Shown piece after piece: positions 35,592 through 49,213 of a stretch of DNA of 64,000 bases. The translations under genes and the position numbers were made by a program. Position 1 is the stretch's first letter; each line of letters begins with the position of its first letter. Under the pieces are notes generated by a model that did no database searches, had not been told where the DNA came from, and was given only the letters and a program-made list of their open reading frames with translations. Source of the stretch: Marsupella aquatica. Taxonomy: Eukaryota > Plantae > Marchantiophyta. The stretch spans positions 20,657,292 to 20,721,291 of the forward strand of contig OZ316898.1 in NCBI GenBank assembly GCA_973895155.1, given 5' to 3'.

Positions 35592-36156
35592 GGGTGGCTT
35601 TACAAGACATTGGGTACTTTCAATTTATTTCCTGGTCTCCATGATGTGATCAGGGCCATTCATTGGGAGATGGATTGCTATTCACTCCACAAAACATTGG
35701 AGACCTTTTTTCTTAAAATTGTAAAAATTGTTGACAATCACACATGATATGGAGTGGGGTCCAAGTTTTGCTTATGTGGAGCAGAATTTTCCCCAGATCT
35801 TAGACCAACTTCTTAGGAGGTCTTTTCATCTGGCCACTTGGACCATCTCTATTTTGAATCTTATACATCTAAACTGGATCCATTAGTTTTCGCATTAGAT
35901 CTTCTTTTTTCGTAGCAAAAAGGGCCCTAGTCAAAGATCTTTTGACTTTTAGGTGGACCCGGTCCCTAACTTATCTCCTAGCATATATCCTAGCACTGTT
36001 TTTAGTAGTTTGCTTTACAAGACATTGGGGGCCATATATGATTCCTCCAAGCTCTGTTTGTGCCCCTTTACACTATGTTTAGTATGCTAAGTGACATAGA
36101 TTAGCATTGGTAGAAACAAACACACAAATTGCCCCCAAGGTCTTGTAAAGTCACTC
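35592..36156. mobile_element. Degenerate Tourist-like (PIF/Harbinger) MITE with an internal second left end
   Basis: Left end GGGTGGCTTTACAAGACATTGGG at 35592. Inner inverted pair ctttacaagacattgggggc (36013-36032) / gcccccaaggtcttgtaaag (36131-36150). Same TIR as the 43976 element. Confidence 0.6.
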
Positions 36157-39100
36157 ACGAGTGGTGCACACGCCTAGTAGATTCGCGTAACAAGAACAAT
36201 GGAATTTATAGTTATTCTTGACACTTATGATTTTAGATGTAACGCTCCAACATTTGACTTGGAATTAAATGAGCCTGGAGCCGAAATTTTAGCCTCCTCT
36301 CGTTCAAGTCCAAAAGAGGAAATCATTCGGTGCCTTCTTTAGGCTAGCTTGCAGTTTGTGAAAAATCCACTCGGCTGTTCAGTAGCCTCCATAAATACAC
36401 CATGCACGCCCAAAAATGATGGTGACACCCTCGTGATTTCCTCTTTGCTTGCTTCAATATCCATCAGAGCAGCTTGACTGCTTGAGAGATACCTCTGCAC
36501 ATAGTCTTAGCTCATTAATTCGTTCCTTATAGGACACCTGCATTTATGACAGAAAACCTTTTTGGTAGAAAAACTGCACCCACATATAATTAAAGGCATT
36601 CCAAAAATCTTGACAGGGCACCATTATGTTCGGGTGTTGGTGGAAGTTCTCAACATGCTCTTTGTGACATGCTTTTATCCTGAGTATTGGCTAGGGTTTA
36701 CGCTCCACATTTATTAGAGCACCCACCTTCTTGCCCTAGGGCTGAAAAAGAAAGCTTGACCTGCTTCAGTCACAATAATGGTTTACTCACTCATTCCGGA
36801 CTGACAGCTTCATCCATTTGAGAACAAGGCACCAAAAGAGACTGATGTTTATGTGGTTGAGAAATCATCTTTCAAGTGAAGGGAAACCAACAGTACCAAT
36901 GGGATCCAATAGGGAGTCTCAAAGTCCCAAAGTTTGCTCTTGCTAAGCCCTGAGGTAAGCTGTGAGTTAGGGGTTACAGACATAAATTTATGAACTCCAA
37001 AATTAACAGACATCCACAAGAGCCATAGGGAAGTTTCATAGGCTGGCAAACAAACAACTAAAAGTTGCACCTAATGTCGAGAACGTTGCGGTCAGATGCT
37101 ATGACCAGAACCTATTGGCCACATTGCTCAAGGATTGAGACGCCTGCTGATATTGTGTATCTTTCAGCAAATTGTGGCTCAAGGAACTATCTCCAATGTA
37201 TAGGATACACAATGGGTAAGGACAACGGAGAGTGTACCTGTTTTTTGTTTGGGAATCAGCACACATTTTGTTGTATCAAATGTAGGATCATTACAGCACT
37301 CACAGCGGGGGGAACAAGGCGCTATCATCCCATACTAGCAACAACTGCGAGAAACTATTGTTGTTAATAGCAAGCTGTACCGATGAGATACAACCTGATG
37401 AGTAAGACTGATGCCAGTCTATCATATATCAAAAACGTTACTTAGACTTACGTACATTTGGGATAATGTATCAACGAGTACCCAAGATGAAGCGCCATAA
37501 TTGATGTGACCCACCAAGTTTCATCCATAAGCCCAGGCAGAATTGATTCCTTAACTGAAACGTGTATCTCAAATACATCATTGTCTCACTTATATCAATT
37601 GGTACAATTGTTGTCGTATGGGGCAAACGAAACTAGAAGATTTGACTAAGTTTGTTATGATAATGAAGACTATTTTCTTTTGGTGTGGCCACGCAAATGA
37701 CATCAACTTGTACACTTAGGCTCGTACTGATGCTGTTGAATAGCAATTGCAAATGCATCATAGGAGGTTGAGCTCTATCAATAAGTACACCATCAACATG
37801 GGAAAGCTGCTCCAAGGGATTACCCTAGCTTAGATCAATATTGATCCTAGACAATTTAATCTAAAGTGGATAAAGTGTTGCTGCAGTCATGTCTAAAGTG
37901 GATAAAGTGTTTCTACATGGGTACATGCCTCGTTTCTCTAAAAAGGAACTTACAAGAGTGTAAGTTTTCTCTAAAGCTTTTATCCACTGATAACAGTGAG
38001 GGCTGTTGTAGGACCATTAGTTTTGTTTTAAGTGTTTTCTTCCTTATATCTTGTTGGCTCAAAGCATAGGACCGTAATTTGCATTTTCATAGATTTTGCT
38101 GGATTCTTTCTTGATCTACCTACACATGGGATCCTATTTCATTTTTTCCTCTTGGGAACTTGAGAAATTACTCGTATCCCAGATCCTAATCCCAGTATTC
38201 CTTTCTTTGTAGTAAAATGTACTGTAGTTATTAGGAGTTGGAAAAGGGGTACTGTGAGTGATAATTCCGATGTGGATAAATGTACATTTCCTATTGTTTT
38301 TCTCGCAAGAACTGAAATGGCCATGTCTACAAATCATAAGATACGTACCTATGAAAAAAACTCTCCTTTTCAGCAAGCACATCCGGAGTTATTCAAATAA
38401 TGCACTAAATATCGTCTGGGTGTGGATGGAATTCACCATCAGGGAAAGCAGCTCCAATTATTGTGCTTGGTCCCATATTCTTATTTGCAAAACTTGGGCT
38501 GGCTTTGATACCCAATTTGTCCTCAAACGGGACCGGGGACCAATAATGCAAGGATCTTGTACTAATCCATGAACATGATAGCAAACTCGAAAAGGACCAC
38601 TTGACAGAGTGGGCCTTCCAAAATTATTGTGGAGTGGGTGTGAAACTAAGGGGCTCTCTTTGTATGTTCGAGTTCCTAGACTGGGGCTCTATAGTTTTGA
38701 GCTTTCAATTGGTTTCTAGTGAAAAAACAATTAATAATAATAATAAATAAATTGGTTTCTAGTGTTCACACTCTACTACTCTGGTTACTCGCATGATGGC
38801 GTTATTTAGAAGTATAATTCTTGTCGGTGTGACTTGACTCAATAAAGTTTTCCATAAACTCTGGCATTGCAGGCAGGTAGTCTTTCAGTTCTCCTAAAAG
38901 TGATGGTGAAACTTATAATTCTCTCAGAGTGTACATGGCCGGAGGTCAGATTTGAGGTGAAACTCATTTTTACCTCTGCCGAGATCAGTGAGCGCTTGTT
39001 ATGTTTAGTTTTATGAGGGACTCAACATGAGTGTGAGGGCCAGGCCAGTGCAGATTTTAAGCTTCTAATTGAAAAGCTTGACAAAGGGCTGTAGTTAGCG

Positions 39101-42100
39101 CAGCCTGCATATTGTGGTGAGTTCTTGGGCATTTTTATGTTTAAAGGAGACTTTGAGGGAAGTGACCAATAGGCCCCAAAAGTGATTTTGTTGGTACTAT
39201 TTTCCCCTAGAGTTTAAAAGTCTCATGTCAGGTGAGGATTTGGCCTTCAGGTCCTGGCTTTCGTTTGGTCATTAGTTTTTTTCTGCTGACTGTGGTCAGC
39301 TGTTTGTCTCCTCTCCGGGGTCTCACTCCAAGGGAGGTCGCATATCATGGGCAAAATTTTTGGGTTCTCTAAAACATAAGAAATATAAGGAAAATTAATG
39401 ATTTTTTTACCTCTAACTTTAGGAAATATTTTAGTAATATATTCAAGGTGGTTTTACAAACCCCAGAGTTATTATAATTCTCAGAATTAGATTAAAATGC
39501 CCCAAATGTTCTTCAACAAAACTTTCAAAACATTTTGCCCAATTAAATTAAAAAATCTCTATCTTATCACTTATGATAGGTTTGAAGAAAATAAATGAGG
39601 ACCCCAGGTGTCTCCTTGGGTTGGTTCGGTCTGCAATAAAATGAAAACTGATTTAAAAAAGGAAAGGGCCACCATACATTTCTTTGACTACTTGTGTTCT
39701 TGAAAGATCACTAAACCAGGACCAGATAAAAAATTCGCTAGTCGAGAAACAGTCCAGCTGGAGTTAAATCAGTTAGATTATAACCAACTTCACTGCAAAA
39801 GAACACATTCCAAGAAAACGTGTGCTTTTCGTTTTTCGGAAAGAAATTGTCAGAACTGGCCTTGAACTGCATACCACTAACCTCGATCACGAAAGAGGGC
39901 AAATTGAATTCACAATTCAGTTTTCTTGGAGGTTAGTTGTTCTTCGGAGTTCTATTCCATGTGTGCCGGCTCCCAGCGTCAACACCCACGACAACTGGTA
40001 AAAACCTGAGCCTCAGTTATATCCGAAGTCCTGAGAAGGTTGAGCTTGCTCCGTGAGCCTCCATGTCCTAAGATCACTTGGCGAGCCATACCCCGTACTC
40101 TGGATTCTTGCATGCTCAAGCGGGTCAGCCACACAACAGCTACATCAAAGAAGGAGTACACTACTGCTCAAGGAGTAATAATAAGTTTGTTCCAGTCCCG
40201 ACCTGACCAGATCCTCCCCCAGTCCAATCCCCACATGCGCCCATGTGGTCCAATGGACAATCTCTCTCTGTCTCTCCCCCCTGTGAATTGAGCTACCGTT
40301 GCTACCTCGAAAGGTACTAGATTCCACCATGGTTGCCACCTCGTGTACTGTACTCTCGACCCAGACTCCCAGACTGTCTTGTCTACTCGGGAAGATTGAC
40401 GGCCAAGTTAGTTCTCACTTCTCATGCCCATCTTGCCTCCCGCGCTGCTTTCAGCTTCGATGCACAATAACTGTGACTGATGTCTATCTGTCTGTCTGTC
40501 TGCTCCGGTACTTCTGTCCGATCCTATCAGGACTGGGTAATATGCAATTGTGCACGGTAATTCAACCTTTGAGGCCCGGCCTGAATAGGAAATAGTACAT
40601 GGAGAAATCCTTGCTTTCTGTCCTGTTCGTCAAATAGCATAGGAAGCTAGTCCTGTTCGTCAAATGGCGTAGAAAGTACAATTACGAGGTATGTAATGAT
40701 CTCGGTCACCAACGTGAACGCTTGCGATAGACATCAAGTGCGCTTGCGACATTCTGTAAGGTTTTGTTGGTATGGAGCTTTGTAATTGAAAATCGTTACA
40801 AGTGGATACCATACTGAGATCAACATACATAATTGAATTACTGGTAGGGTAATCATTGCGGAGGATCAGATGATTACTATTTAGCACTGTCGATCAACCT
40901 ATGCTAGGCTTGGACATATATATATATATCCTTCAAATGCTCTGCCGAACAAAAAGTGATCTCATTGACAGCTTCATTGAAAGTATTCTTGGTCAGGATC
41001 TTCACAACGTCGGGAAGATAAGCTCCTAAAAGCAGAATGGCAGCATCGTCACCTGTAAAGGCATTGTGGCACATCAAGGTCAGGAGTTCACATGGAAAGA
41101 CCCATCAAGAACCACAGTAAGGTCAACTTCCTCTTGACAGTCCTATCTGTTATGCTTTTGGATTGAAAAGACAATTGAGTAGAAAAATAAACGTCAATGA
41201 AGAAGATGCGATGCTTTTAATTAAATGGACTGGCACTGTGGCTCGATGTAGATCTGTGCCCGCTCTGTCTCAAATTTGCTTTTCCAACTGAAGTGTATTC
41301 AACAAAACTCCGCCTTACCTTTTTTATTTCAGCAAGGTGACGTAAGTTCTGAATTTTACTGGAATCCTTTCAAGCCAGTGAAGCCATGAATTTTCTAAAC
41401 ATTAAGATTTCTATCTATAACTGAGGTCATGCCAATTACGGGCGTGTAAAACAACGGCCACACGCGGGACTTGGCCACCTCGTGGGTTGTGCAAGCGTGC
41501 AACACTACAAAACTTGTACTGTATATATACTAGTAAAATGACTGTGTCGTAATTGAGGGACGACTGTGTCGTAAACTCTCTGCAGATTCACCTTACCGCA
41601 GTAGTATGTTACGATTGTCCATCTCGTATCACACAGCAGCCATATAATGAAATTTCGAAGAGGACAGTGTCTTCAGTTTCAACGACACAATAATTCTGCC
41701 AAGTCTCATAATTGCAACGAAGAACTGAACTCTCTCACCGTCCTATCGCCACTTATATTAGTTGGTTGGGACTGACGCGGGAGCGAATCAATCCCAAGGG
41801 AAGACGTAACCGTTAAATTATTCAGCCGCCAGACGGTAGATGTACTGCGTGCCTGCTACCGTAAGTCAAGGCTGGAGGGCTCCATTAATGGATATAGTTC
41901 CAACGTTGCTTTAGGTGACCTGGCTGTTGGACAACTGTCATATGCATTACCGATATTGGACTTGTTCGGTAACTTAGTTGCTAATCTACCCTGCTGCCAA
42001 ATATAATGTTGTTTTTTTAGGTAGTTAATTACAGTATAAGCTGGTCACTGGCTGATATTCACGTTTTGTCCACAGCTGAAATCAGGAATTTGGGCTCCTG

Positions 42101-43570
42101 AAAGCTAATTGCTTAAGAGATTTTGTAGAAAAGTGGTTTCGAAATGGACTTTGACGCATTTGTCTTGTGCAGCAAATGAAAAAGGATTGAAAATTTGCCT
42201 CCTATGGCAAACATCCTGGGCTGCTGAACGCTTGATGATTGAAAGGATCGTTGCAGTAGAGATCAAGCTCCGCGGGTTGGCTACTTGGAGAAAGGAACAA
42301 CAGTGAAAAGACATCAATCGATGACCGCAGTTGAGTCCAGTGCAAGTGTCCCGAAAGACAGAATGGACCAACTAGCTTGCTAAAGAACATTAGTTCTGTC
42401 GATGGGATCCAGGAAGAAATCCTTGCATGCGTGGAAATACAAATTTGTAGAAATCCAAAATTAGAGGACTGATCGCAATCAAAATGGATGCTCGCCACAG
42501 TGATAGCAATATATCTGTCCGTGCTAGCCATAGTTAAGTGGTACTTCGAGGATGTCTCTCAGGTCCGTGCTTGAGGGATCGATGTAGAGTGGCATGGAAT
42601 TAAATTCAGAATCTTGCAGTGGCTCGTGAAGTAGTAAATTTCTCGCTGTGCTCACTAACAGTCACATAGGCGATGGCTTATTGGAGAATAATAAGATTCT
42701 ATCGGTTAAAAAAAGCTATATACAAGGTGAATATGGTTGTGTTCTTGGTAAATCACAACTACCTGAGCCGACGGGAGATGTTGCTAACTTAGTTCCCAAT
42801 CAAATTGAAGAAAGCCTCAATTGCAAAGCGTGGACGATGAGTTCGATCTGATTGTGCCAGATTACTACTTGCACTTCTTGTATCATGGATATATGCCAAA
42901 CCGTGATTCACCTCTGAAAACATTAAGGTTGTGAATGTCGTTTGCTTGTCATCACTGTTTTCGGTAGCTTGGTAGCTTCAATATTCCTCTGTGCTGTGGA
43001 AAAAGAGCAAATTTTGGGTAATGTGTTGGGCCTTTCCGCTTGACTGGGGGAATCTGGGACAATACTGTAGAACACTCTCAAGTCGTTCATCAAAGAAAGA
43101 GAGGTCAACTGAAAAGCAGACACGTCAAAGTCGATACTCAATTTCGGAACCGAGATACTCAGCAGTCAGCACTGCACCGAACACCCTTCTGTAGCACGAG
43201 AATCGACGGTCACACAATTCACTACCAAGCTAGGTGACACAAAAATCCATTCAATATGTGGGAATTACTGTACATAACTGATTAAGATCGGCCTCAATTA
43301 CCGGGATCTCGCTCTGGAACAGTGGTGTCTAGCTCCAAATCGATTAGAGCGCCTTTCGAAATCAATAAACTTCACTCTCGGACCTGATTCCCAAATCGCA
43401 GCACAACATTTTGGGAATCATTTCATTCTATATAATTCAAAGCACCGATGTAACCTGTCATATGATTCGTATTAATATGTTTTAGGACCCAAAAATAGTT
43501 GTCTGAATATATTGATGGTGAGCTACCAAAGCACTCACCGGAGTGTCGTCAAGGTGCTCCTTCTTTAGGA

Positions 43571-43636
43571 GACAAAGTCTCACGAGTGGCGGGACAAAGT
43601 CTCACGAGTGGCGGGACAAAGTCTCACGAGTGGCGG
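43571..43636. repeat. Perfect tandem repeat, 3 x 22 bp
   Basis: gacaaagtctcacgagtggcgg at 43571, 43593 and 43615, with no spacers. Confidence 0.95.
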
Positions 43637-43975
43637 GTCTACAGTATAGTAAGAAAAGACGTAAATCATCTCTAAAAATTCGATCCCGCCAGTGTTGCGG
43701 TCAAACAAAGTTGGGCGGGAAATAGGCGACCCGATAAAGTGCCACCCCCGCTAGTTTGTCCGTAGGCCATCATCATACTAGACTAAGGTATTTTTTCAGG
43801 GGCGAATCTCAACGCGTGCACCATGGAGGGGCGACCCTCCAATTTGGCGAGCTCGAGCGTACCCTCATAATCAAAGCAGTTTTCGTAAAAATGCACCTGA
43901 AGAGCCCATTGTAGAAAACCAGGTCCATGACCAGCGTAATTTTCAAGGTTATTCGTTGACGTGTTGCCAATCTTA

Positions 43976-44380
43976 GGGGGGCTTTACAAGAACTTGGGGG
44001 CAGCCATTCCATTTTTTCTAAGTGAAAGATGCAATCCTAGCCATTCATATGTGAGAACTGGCCACACTTCACTTTACATGAACTTGGGGGCACAATGAAC
44101 AAAAAACATTACCCAACCTAGTCATCTGTCAGTGGGCCCCTTGTGGGTCTCTTTTTTTGGTGAGGTGTGCAAACTTTTTTGTCAAAAACTTAGACCTCCT
44201 CTTGAGGTGGTCTAAAAACTTGAAGCAAACGGCTGCTTGTTTTAAGGGAATTGCATTGATTACTTCCAGACCTGACACATTTTGGCTCAGGCATTTTAAC
44301 TTTTGTGGAATGAAATGGCCATCAGCTTTGCTCTGGATGAAGAGAGAGTGAACGGCACCCACCGCCTTGTAAAGCCCCCC
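43976..44380. mobile_element. Tourist-like (PIF/Harbinger) MITE, 405 bp
   Basis: Perfect 15-bp TIR GGGGGGCTTTACAAG / CTTGTAAAGCCCCCC, flanked by TTA on both sides (3-bp TSD). Confidence 0.9.
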
Positions 44381-45291
44381 TTACCTAGTTTGAAGTAGAT
44401 GATGTAAGGAAGATTCTTTATCTACTTTTCCTAGATCAAATTTTTATCCTTCTATCTCTCTAGATAGATACCTTTGGATTCTGGCTAATGAAGTCTGTGT
44501 CTAAGTGGGAGGAAATGGAAGACAAGCACCTACTGAATTTTTGATAAAAGGAGGATACTTTTCAGAGAGGTGAAATCTAGCTAATTTTACCACTAACAGA
44601 AACAGTCTATGACCAAGGGGTAGGTCACAGAAACTGAGTATGGTCATCTCCTCTATATCACTCTAATATATGGCTCCCATCACAAGCCTTTTCTCTATTT
44701 CACTCACTCAAAATATTATGGTACTTGATTGTGTTTCAAAATTCAACTTGGTGAGGCTCAATTCCTGAAAACCTCTTGCTACTATTCCATGGACGGTGTC
44801 TGAGACGTCCATGGTCCTTTGTGAACTCATTCCAAGCAAGTTATCTTGTACATACTTCCTTCTTGTATGTTTAAGTCACACCTAAATACATTTTCTAACA
44901 ACAAAATATTACACACAGGTGCAACGTCTCACTCAGCCAGGTTTTTTTGTAGACGAGCTTGTGCCTAATTTTACCAGAAAATACTTTGGTGACCCAACAA
45001 AATATGATAGAACGGTGTTTGCACTCAGTTCACCAAATTCTTATCTTATAAGGGTTAATTACAGTTATCCTTAGGTCTGGGAAAATTAAACTGTTCACAT
45101 GTATGGGTCAAAAACTTATGGTAAAAACTCATTTATTTCCAGGGAAAGAGAGAGAAGTAGTCATAGAGAGTTTTTTCCAAATATGGGAAAAAATGGCTGG
45201 TCTTATTTAAAGACAAGACTCAGATATGGGGCAAAAGAGTAAACATTTGGAGAATTGTAAACAGTTCCAATGCTTAGTAATCACTGCAAGT

Positions 45292-45568
45292 CAGTGTTTT
45301 TTTTAGTGGCGAAAATTCGCTAGATTCCACCTCCCCAAAAATCCTTCGCCACTTTTGGCTAAAATTTGCTACTTTTTTGCTGTCTCATTAGCCAGTGTTC
45401 CACCTAATCCCAGGCCCCTTTAGCCAGAATCTAATGGTCTGCCTTAAATCTAGGGAGATCTGATGGTCAAGAACATAATTGGATACAGAATCTTTTGAGC
45501 ATCTTCTCCTTGACACACTTTACATTCGCCACCTTGGCGAAAAAGCGAAATCCTTAAAATAAACACTG
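45292..45568. mobile_element. hAT-family MITE, 277 bp
   Basis: TIR CAGTGTTT / AAACACTG, with an 8-bp TSD ctgcaagt / ctgcacgt (1 mismatch). Confidence 0.85.
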
Positions 45569-48500
45569 CTGCACGTCCTCAGTCCCCTGTTGTTAATCAC
45601 ACATCAAAATAGGATAATACAAGATATGCACTCATTGCTTAAAAAAAATTAACCAGGTTTATTTCCCTCAGTCTGCTTGCTAGAGCAAGGTCATAACTAT
45701 ATAGCCTTAATTCACATTTCTGAACGTATTAACGTAATAATGTACCTGCGGAAAAGACGTTGAGAAAAAACTCATGGAAACCGTTATTAAGACCTTCAAC
45801 GACAACAACGCCCACGGGAATAGTTACTGTAAGCCGGTCGTCGTGGGGTCCGCCATGGTAATGACTTGTCAACACTAAGTACAGTAGTAAATTAGGTCTC
45901 CAGGTGACAGGGTCAGTCCTTTACTCCTTTTAGCCCGAGTCGATGCCGTACGGAATCTGGCCGGCCCGTTTTACGGTAACCTGAGTTGAGTGATTTCCTC
46001 ATTTCCTCTTCCCACGTAACCCAACCCTTCTGTATAGTAGAGAGAGGGTCCGAGTTACCGTACACACCCGAGTTACTTTCGTGAAGCGAGGGGCGGTACA
46101 GTACAGTGCTGAGGGTACTCATCCAATATACGTGCTGAAAGCCTGGTAGGAGGTGGGTTTCCCAACCTCAACGTTTAACTCACCCCTTCGCTTGTGAGCT
46201 AAAACAAAGTGACATTAGGGGTTGCCAAAATTGGCCCATGCACCTTGATCAGATTTATAGGTTCCTTGTAGGTTTCACATGTAAAGCTATCTTTGAATGA
46301 TCTACTGCTCAACAATGGTGAGGACTATGCCCCCTCAGGAGAGGTATTCTATGTTGTGAGCAAAAGGGAGATTTGGATAGCGAGGAAAATGTTATTAGCG
46401 AGACACTAATGATTTCAAATTTCTTTTGCTTTTTGGTGCCTTTTATATATTTTTTGTGTTGTTTTTAAGACTCCAGATGGCTAGCGAGAAAAAAGGGAGT
46501 CCCCAAAAGGGATGTTACTAACCAAGTAGTTGACAGGGAGGCAATTGTATGTAAAAAAATAAAGGTCATGCAAGAATGTTTTTTGTTAGTGCGAGTAAAA
46601 TTGCTGGCACGTTATTACAATTGCCCCCCTCAAGAATTATAACTCAACGTTAACCCCGTCCCCCTAGATGGGTTGCCTCACACAAAGAATACATTTCCCC
46701 AAGAACTCCCGCTTCAGCCCGAGGTGAAGTGAGGTGTGGATCTGGTTGTGCGGTAGCATTAAATGAAAGGAAACTGGCGGGGGCGAATCTCTGCCCGCTG
46801 TTATTAATTAACTGGTCACTTGTCAAAGGTGACCTACAAAATCGTATGTACGCACAGCCCCCTTACATCACATGATCACATGAAGAGTAAAGTGCATACG
46901 AACGCGTTACAGAAGACTACGGCATTGTGTGTACCATATCGTATTCTTCCACACCTATGTCTGAATGGATATGTGACGCATAGTACAGTGCACCACATGG
47001 ACCCCTGCGTACGCACGAGTGGACATGCTTGTCATAAACCGAGACTCTACTTCACACCAGACTAATTGACAGTCAAACTTGACTACTGTATGTCTCATAA
47101 TGTATGCAACTTCAACATGGCGTACCAATTATGTCAAGTATATTTCAGGTTATAATATACTAGCCTAGACAGTTCGTTCCACCGATTCGCCAGACAGAGA
47201 GAAGAACCAATTTACTTAGTTAGGGAGGATTTCCAAGAAGTGGAGGCAATGTGACGGAGTGGAGAGCCACATCTTGTTACAAGTGGAGAGCAAAGTGGCG
47301 AGCCACATCTTGTTATAAAAATAGACTTATGACATAAAAATATTTTTCAATGAAACTCAACAAGTGAATATTCCTTGATTGAATGAGACCCAAAGTTTTA
47401 AAACATGGGGACAAATCTACTTTGTTTGGCATAATTCCTATCTTGAGCACTTTTGGCAATTGTTCCTGTACAATCCCTCTTGTGAGCAAAACATTAAAGC
47501 AACACTGACTCCCACACATCTTGCAGACTGCTCTCGGAGCCTGTCTTGGGTAGCGTAGATCTAATTTTGATGCAAATTCAAGAATGTTCTGAGAATTTTG
47601 ATAAAAAAAACTGACTTTTGCATTGTATGCATTATTTTTAAAAGTAAAAATTAAGAAGCACAAGAGAACATATTAGCTTGCTTTCAAATTAAAGCACACA
47701 TAAGTAGGGGGTCTGCGAAATAATTTTGTGACATCCTGTTTTGGTTGACTATTGCTATTTCTCTTCCATGTTTTGTGATGTTTGCAATGTACCCCAACTG
47801 TGGTTGGTTTCCTCTTATGGCTGTTTTGCAGTTGTTAATTTTGGTTTCTTGGATGGTACCATGTTTCAAACAAATGGTGCACTTCTAGACAGCCAATGTG
47901 TTCTTGCTGTTTTGTAAAGCATTTCAATTAAACTACATGATTGTCACTTTTCTCTCTATAATATGATTCATTAAATAGGGTTAACTCTTAAGTCTTGGTT
48001 GACCTCCTTTAGGCTAATTGGCATTAGGGTGTTCATGGTGACTCAAGTTCCTAATTCTCAGAGAGGCTTGGTGCCACCGTGGTTTCCAAAGCTTAGTAAA
48101 GCTCTAGTATTCCCTGGACATACCCTTGACAAAAATGAATCATGTATCTGGTGGGCCGTGCATGCTTGTGGCTTGTCTCTGATGTTTGTGTATGTCATTA
48201 GTTCCCATCATAGAATATTCTAAAAGGTTGGGGGTTAGATATAGTAATGTATAATTAATTTTAGGGTGCTTGATATGAGACCGGGTAGAGAGAACCCCAA
48301 ACAATTAATCACTCCCACCATAATCAACCTGATTGGATTATTCCTGAAGTAATTTTCCTTTCAATAAACAGAAAACATTGGTTTGACCTAGAAAGAGTAT
48401 TAGCTTTCTATGAAGGGTCACATTTTGGTCTCAACTACTAGGTCTATCCAGGTTGCACAGCTAACCATTATGGTCGATCCAAGCATACAAGTATATACAT

Positions 48501-49213
48501 TATACTGTTGAACAACAAAAAGTGCAAGTCAGAGAGACTGGAGACCCTATAGAGGGCAAACATTAGAGATATCCAAGAAGACCATAGAGCCCCAAAGCCC
48601 TTGAGAGTCCCTAACAACATGCAAAAACGAAACCCCTACTACACAACAAACTGGAAAGCCTGGTAAAGGATAATGAAGCCGGGAGGGACCTCCATGTTTG
48701 CCCAAGACTGAGATATATTTTGCAGCTGGACAAAGCAAATCCAGATAATCAAGGGGAGAACATGTTACTGGCAAGAGAAAAATAAATTCTACTAAAGTCC
48801 TTTATCCTATTTCTAGATTTTAGGTTTGCCTCTTTTCTAACAATTGGCCTCTTTGGACCTCTTGTCCTTTCCTTTCGTTTTGCTTTGTAAGGCTCTTGAT
48901 GTCAACTATATTTAGTTTTTAGAAAAAACTTAAAGAATTAAAAACAAATCGAAAGACAAGACAGGTACGAAAACGTTACTGTACAACTTGCGTCCTGGGA
49001 AGCACTGTACCTCATACGCTATGCATAATTACTGTAGAATGCCGATGTGATGATGTTGGCGTATGTTGCTCATCCTTTCCGGTGGGACAGTATAACTTAC
49101 GATTGGACTCGAAGCACGAAGGCCTTGCAGGCTTGCAGCAGAGGAGCGCCCGCACTGTCAAACTGTCCACTGGCCTCGGGCGTTGTGCCAACCTCACACC
49201 ACGGCAAAAGGGC

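Noticed and set aside
37670-37780. Zinc-knuckle-like KCTS*CHLRGHTKRK on the minus strand
   Set aside because: It is interrupted by stops and has the wrong spacing. At most an unassignable TE relic.
40900-41055. Exon-like segment DVVKILTKNTFNEAVNE resembling a PDI N-terminus
   Set aside because: There is no CxxC motif, and the upstream donor gives an incompatible phase.
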